Virus record (IMG/VR): IMGVR_UViG_3300009183_006007
Span: 11,197 to 75,196 of that record
From: a virus
Strand: one strand, 5' to 3'
DNA: 64,000 nt
Positions 60,296-64,000 of this stretch are shown in pieces. Below the pieces are notes generated by a model. The model saw only the letters and a program-made list of their open reading frames with translations. It was not told where the DNA came from and did no database searches. The translations under genes and the position numbers were made by a program. Position 1 is the first letter of the stretch; every line of letters starts with the position of its first letter.

Positions 60296-61070
60296 ATCTT
60301 ATAATATTTGTTTTATTCTTATTAGTTCCATTTAACATCATTAATAAAGTGGTTTCCTTTATATTAATTGACTTACAAACATCTTTTAGTTTGTTGAAAG
60401 TTTCTCCAGTTGTGGTATTTTTATAAATGAAATTTGTATGTTTTGATGATTTTTTTATTTTTTTATAATTTTTGTTGATATCATAAGAATCTATAAAAGA
60501 CCAATAAAATCCACCTGCCGAATTTAGAACATTTCTACAACAAGCTGAAATATTTTGTCTACTTATACTTGTACTTTCCTCAGCTTCTTTAATTGAATTA
60601 AATTTATTTAAAATGATACCATCTTCGGATATTTGAAGAACCTTCTTATATTGAGATTCTATTATTTTCAAATGTGCCTCTTTACTTCTTTTATTACCAA
60701 TGTGTGATATTTTCAAATTTTCTATGTGTTCATCACTGAACTTCATTCCAAGATTAGTATCACATACTATTCTTTTATTATATCCATACTTAGTATCATT
60801 AGCCTTATAGAATTTTATATTAAACTCTTCCCTTTCTTTTATTAGGTTCTTATCAATAAATTTTAAATCTTCTAATATTTCAAATTTGAAATTTGAAATT
60901 CCATACTTATTAAATGATGATTGTAAATGTTTATTAAAATGTATATTTCCTATTAATAGTCTTTTATGTGTTGAAAATCTATTCATTATAGATATTGAAC
61001 TACCTATATAAACTTTATTATTAATTAAATTTTCTATTTTATAAATTCCTATTATTTTTTTATACGGCAT
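60282..61070 (-). CDS. GIY-YIG homing endonuclease with NUMOD-type repeats
   Basis: GIYKIEN..KVYIGSS, R..H, E and GYN motifs; FNSIKEA..ISACC..SAGGFYW. Confidence 0.9.
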   Translation of the reverse strand: MPYKKIIGIYKIENLINNKVYIGSSISIMNRFSTHKRLLIGNIHFNKHLQSSFNKYGISNFKFEILEDLKFIDKNLIKEREEFNIKFYKANDTKYGYNKRIVCDTNLGMKFSDEHIENLKISHIGNKRSKEAHLKIIESQYKKVLQISEDGIILNKFNSIKEAEESTSISRQNISACCRNVLNSAGGFYWSFIDSYDINKNYKKIKKSSKHTNFIYKNTTTGETFNKLKDVCKSINIKETTLLMMLNGTNKNKTNIIRYEKY

Positions 61071-61136
61071 AATACTCTTTTTATTTTTATATATTAAAAA
61101 AGGGTGTTTCTGTCTAAAAATAAGTTCATGTTTTGT

Positions 61137-61313
61137 TTAGTTTAAGTAAATTCCGTGTTGTTCGCACCATAGGTCTAAATAAAGACCTTGTGAAAACCAA
61201 ATTTCAAATTCATCACTTCCAAGTGAATCATTTAGTTTTTCAATTATAAAGTCAGCATATCTCTGAGATATGGATGTAATAATTTTTGTTTTAATCTCTG
61301 CAAGTCTTTTCAT
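61137..61313 (-). CDS. 58-aa protein not in the ORF track (MKRLAEIK...WCEQHGIYLN)
   Basis: Translated by hand; fills the gap in a minus-strand gene run. Confidence 0.55.
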   Translation of the reverse strand: MKRLAEIKTKIITSISQRYADFIIEKLNDSLGSDEFEIWFSQGLYLDLWCEQHGIYLN

Positions 61314-61335
61314 ATTAATTCTATTAAAAGTGTTA

Positions 61336-61788
61336 TTAAAAGTTATAGTTATTTAAAAATTCTTTTTCTATCTTTCTAAGATGCCTAATTCCAACCTCTG
61401 AAATCCTATCCAATACTATGTCAATATCAAGATTAGAATATACCCATTCGTCTAAATAATCCAAAAAGAAAGAAAATCTAACAGCATTAATTGGATTAAC
61501 ATTTTCTGATATGGATTCAATATCGAATTTACCTTTTAGTATATCCTCAGATATATCATTCATTTCATAATAAATAAAATTATCATTAAGTATTTTACTA
61601 TACGATTTAAATTCTACCGCATCAACAATTATAAAAAAGTTATATCTATCGAAATCATCATCAAAATCAAAAAATGCTTCAGAATTAATATCTGATATTT
61701 TTTCTTTATCAATATCAGAAAGCTGGTCGTAATCATCTTCTAATTTGAAGGATGACTTAAAAAACTTTACATGATAGATCGAAGACAT
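61336..61788 (-). CDS. acidic hypothetical protein
   Basis: 150-aa ORF ending in LDIDIVLDRISEVGI..L..EKEFL, a DUF6576-like helical tail. Confidence 0.65.
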   Translation of the reverse strand: MSSIYHVKFFKSSFKLEDDYDQLSDIDKEKISDINSEAFFDFDDDFDRYNFFIIVDAVEFKSYSKILNDNFIYYEMNDISEDILKGKFDIESISENVNPINAVRFSFFLDYLDEWVYSNLDIDIVLDRISEVGIRHLRKIEKEFLNNYNF

Positions 61789-61858
61789 TTACTATATATT
61801 ATTTATACAAATATACAAAAACTTTTGAACATTAATAGTATTATTTATATAAATTTAT

Positions 61859-62242
61859 ATGGAACAAAAGAAAATGCCTGATAGTTTTGTAGAAAATCGA
61901 TTATCTAAAAGATATCCAACAGAAGTTGGTGCTCCAAAGTTTGAACCTGATAATATTTCACTTTTCAAAATTGAGAAAACAGCAAAAGTTAAAAAATACT
62001 ATTCGTCAAAATTTGAAGAAATGACAAAAGAGTATGAAAATCTAATGTCTGAAATTCAAGTTAATGAAAGACTTTATATGGCTTCTCATAATTTCGAACC
62101 AATCTCCGGTGAAATTTATCATTTATATAAAAAGGAATCTGGTGAAGAATTCCTTTCTTTAATATCTCCAGACCAATGGAAGAGATTTGAGTTTATTGGC
62201 TCTTATAGATTTTTATCTGATGGAAGATGGGTTGGAATTTAA
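61859..62242 (+). CDS. DUF2452-like protein
   Basis: YPTEVGAPKF, FEPISGEIYHLY and FLSLISPDQW motifs. Confidence 0.7.
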   Translation: MEQKKMPDSFVENRLSKRYPTEVGAPKFEPDNISLFKIEKTAKVKKYYSSKFEEMTKEYENLMSEIQVNERLYMASHNFEPISGEIYHLYKKESGEEFLSLISPDQWKRFEFIGSYRFLSDGRWVGI

Positions 62243-63873
62243 CCTACCCATCCTTCTTTCAAACTTACCGTTTTATTGAAACTTTTACCGTCTTTATCTA
62301 AAATATAATAACCCATTCTCATCATTTGAACTGGTTCCTTTACATTCAAAACGTGTGGTTCAAAGATTGCCTTATCATTAATTATAAGTGAATCTGGGTT
62401 GATATAATTGATAAAATCATCTTCATTTTTATCTGGTGACTCATCACTAAATAATTTATCATATTCATTTACATTCATTCTAACTCCGTGTTCAACAGAT
62501 ACCCAATGAATAGTTCCTTTAATCTTTCTTTCAAAAGTCATACCTGATCTTGTTAAAGGATCATAAGTACATCTAATTTCAATAACTTCCCCACTATCAT
62601 TCTTGATAACTTCATTCGCTTTAATAACATAAGCACCTTTCAATCTTACTTCACCACCCAACTTTAATCTGTGGAATTTGTTATTAGCTTCTTCTCTGAA
62701 ATCTTCTGATTCAATAAATAATTCACCACTAAAAGGAATCATTCTAGTACCGACACTTTCATCACCAGGATTGTTTTCAACTTCAACCATTTCAGTTCCA
62801 TTATCCCAATTAGTAATAACTAACTTAACAGGATTCATTACACCCATCAATCTATTAGCAACTACATTCAAATCAGTTCTCAAACATTCTTCTAAAAGCA
62901 AGTAAGAAACAACTGACTCTTTTCTGGTAACAGAAATTCTATCACAAAAATCTTTAATAGCATTTGGTGTGAAACCTCTTCTTCTTAAACCAGAAATAGT
63001 TGGCATTCTTGGATCATCCCATCCAGTAACATAACCTTCTTCAACTAATCTTTTTAATTTTCTCTTTGACATAACCGTATAGTCAATGTTCAAACGAGCA
63101 AACTCAGTTTCTTCTGGTAAAGGATTCTCTAAATCACAATTTTCTAACACCCACATATATAAAGGTCTATGAACTTCAAATTCTAAAGTACATAAAGAAT
63201 CAGTAATACCTTCTTTATAATCAGAAAGTGGATGAGCAAAGTCATACATTGGATAAATCTTCCAAGTGTCACCAGTTCTGTGATGTGACTTAGATATGAT
63301 TCTATAAATAACTGGATCTCTTAAAATCATATTTGAGGAAGTCATATCAATATTAGCTCTCAAGATTTTAGAACCTTCAACAAATTCACCTAATCTCATT
63401 CTATTAAATAAGTCTAAGTTTTCTTCTATACTTCTAGATTTATAAGGTGAGTCTTTACCAACTGAAGTAGGAGTTCCTTTTAAGTTAGCAATTTCTTCAG
63501 AGGTTGAATCATCAACATAAGCTAATCCTTTCTTAATTAAAGTAACAGCACATTCATAAAGAAAATCAAAATAATCAGATGTGTATCTGATTTCACTTGG
63601 CGTATAACCAAGCCACTTGATATCTTCAATCATTGAATCTACAAACTCTTTTCTTTCAGTTGTTGGATTTGTATCATCAAACCTTAACACACATGGAGCA
63701 TTATACTTTTCTGCTAATCCAAAATTTAATATAATGGATTTAGCGTGACCTAAGTGAAGACCACCGACAACTCTACCATCGTTTAGTATAGCCCCATTTG
63801 GTTCTGGTGGAAAACGAAGTTTTAACTTATCAAGATTTCCTTTTTCTAATATTTTTTCTTCTATGAAATTCAT
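62239..63873 (-). CDS. glnS: glutamine--tRNA ligase
   Basis: RFPPEPNG..LHLGHAKS, RFDDTNP, IYPMYDFAH, CTLEF, MSKRKL and GWDDPRMPT motifs. Confidence 0.96.
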   Translation of the reverse strand: MNFIEEKILEKGNLDKLKLRFPPEPNGAILNDGRVVGGLHLGHAKSIILNFGLAEKYNAPCVLRFDDTNPTTERKEFVDSMIEDIKWLGYTPSEIRYTSDYFDFLYECAVTLIKKGLAYVDDSTSEEIANLKGTPTSVGKDSPYKSRSIEENLDLFNRMRLGEFVEGSKILRANIDMTSSNMILRDPVIYRIISKSHHRTGDTWKIYPMYDFAHPLSDYKEGITDSLCTLEFEVHRPLYMWVLENCDLENPLPEETEFARLNIDYTVMSKRKLKRLVEEGYVTGWDDPRMPTISGLRRRGFTPNAIKDFCDRISVTRKESVVSYLLLEECLRTDLNVVANRLMGVMNPVKLVITNWDNGTEMVEVENNPGDESVGTRMIPFSGELFIESEDFREEANNKFHRLKLGGEVRLKGAYVIKANEVIKNDSGEVIEIRCTYDPLTRSGMTFERKIKGTIHWVSVEHGVRMNVNEYDKLFSDESPDKNEDDFINYINPDSLIINDKAIFEPHVLNVKEPVQMMRMGYYILDKDGKSFNKTVSLKEGWVG

Positions 63874-63901
63874 AATTTTTATATTTTTATATGTTGTTTA
63901 G

Positions 63902-63973
63902 TTGTCTCGCCAGGATTCGAACCTGGACTCTTTCCGTTCAAAGCGGCTTGTGTTGCCCTTACACCACGAGACA
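63902..63973 (-). tRNA. tRNA-Gln(TTG)
   Basis: TGTCTCG/CGAGACA acceptor, CCG-CTTTGAA-CGG anticodon arm, CCAGG-TTCGAAT-CCTGG T arm. Confidence 0.88.
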
Positions 63974-63980
63974 TTGTTTG

Positions 63981-64000
63981 TTGCTCCACTTGGACTCGAA
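63981..64000 (-). tRNA. 3' end of another tRNA (truncated by window edge)
   Basis: Minus strand TTCGAGTCCAAGTGGAGCAA, i.e. T loop plus 3' acceptor strand. Confidence 0.65.

Noticed and set aside
403-62905. Short ORFs in the track that are antisense to or nested in confident genes (e.g. 403-675, 9267-9584, 15702-15974, 19695-20030, 23659-23892, 49200-49448, 62678-62905)
   Set aside because: They shadow well-supported genes, have no motifs or promoters, and show the F/L/S/I-rich composition typical of antisense AT-rich DNA.
1-64000. Bacterial chromosome or eukaryotic giant-virus origin
   Set aside because: Housekeeping genes are scattered among small hypothetical ORFs together with gp32-, gp13- and tube-like genes, an endolysin, Rnl1 and bacterial promoters and terminators. 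This fits a jumbo phage, although no capsid or terminase gene is in the window.
1-64000. Stop-codon reassignment, as in some huge phages
   Set aside because: Conserved genes are full length in code 11, and TAG and TGA both terminate genes at sensible positions.
1-64000. CRISPR array, rRNA, transposase or integrase
   Set aside because: No regularly spaced direct repeats or recognisable motifs were seen by eye.

Overview
Very AT-rich, gene-dense 64-kb segment, best read as part of a T4-like jumbo/huge myophage genome with a probable Bacteroidota host. Support: gp32-like SSB, gp13-like neck protein, tail-tube-like protein, endolysin, NrdB, free-standing HNH and GIY-YIG endonucleases, tRNAs, and 11 Bacteroidota-type TAnnTTTG promoter boxes with very short leaders. 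Host-like accessory genes include a full chaperone set (DnaK, DnaJ, GrpE, N-domain-less ClpC), GlnRS, GMP reductase, UvsE, a DOT1-like methyltransferase, RNA-repair enzymes and a 15-kb, 18-gene glycan cluster (Fcl-Gmd fusion, GT11, GT6, GT47, several GT2, Glf, methyltransferases). Most interesting patterns: (1) about 17 unrelated proteins, including an RNA ligase and a 2H phosphoesterase, share an N-terminal 'MKxLKx(F/Y)..ES' leader resembling the T4 capsid-targeting sequence and mostly sit behind an AATATATA promoter; (2) a non-overlapping set of about 9 small proteins shares a C-terminal 'R[DEN]xx[IL]xx[ILV]L' tag; (3) there are three promoter classes plus a sigma54-like site at dnaK; (4) there is a tRNA-Glu-like gene with a two-hairpin D-loop insertion and three candidate structured ncRNAs. 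All product calls come from motif recognition by eye; no database search was run.
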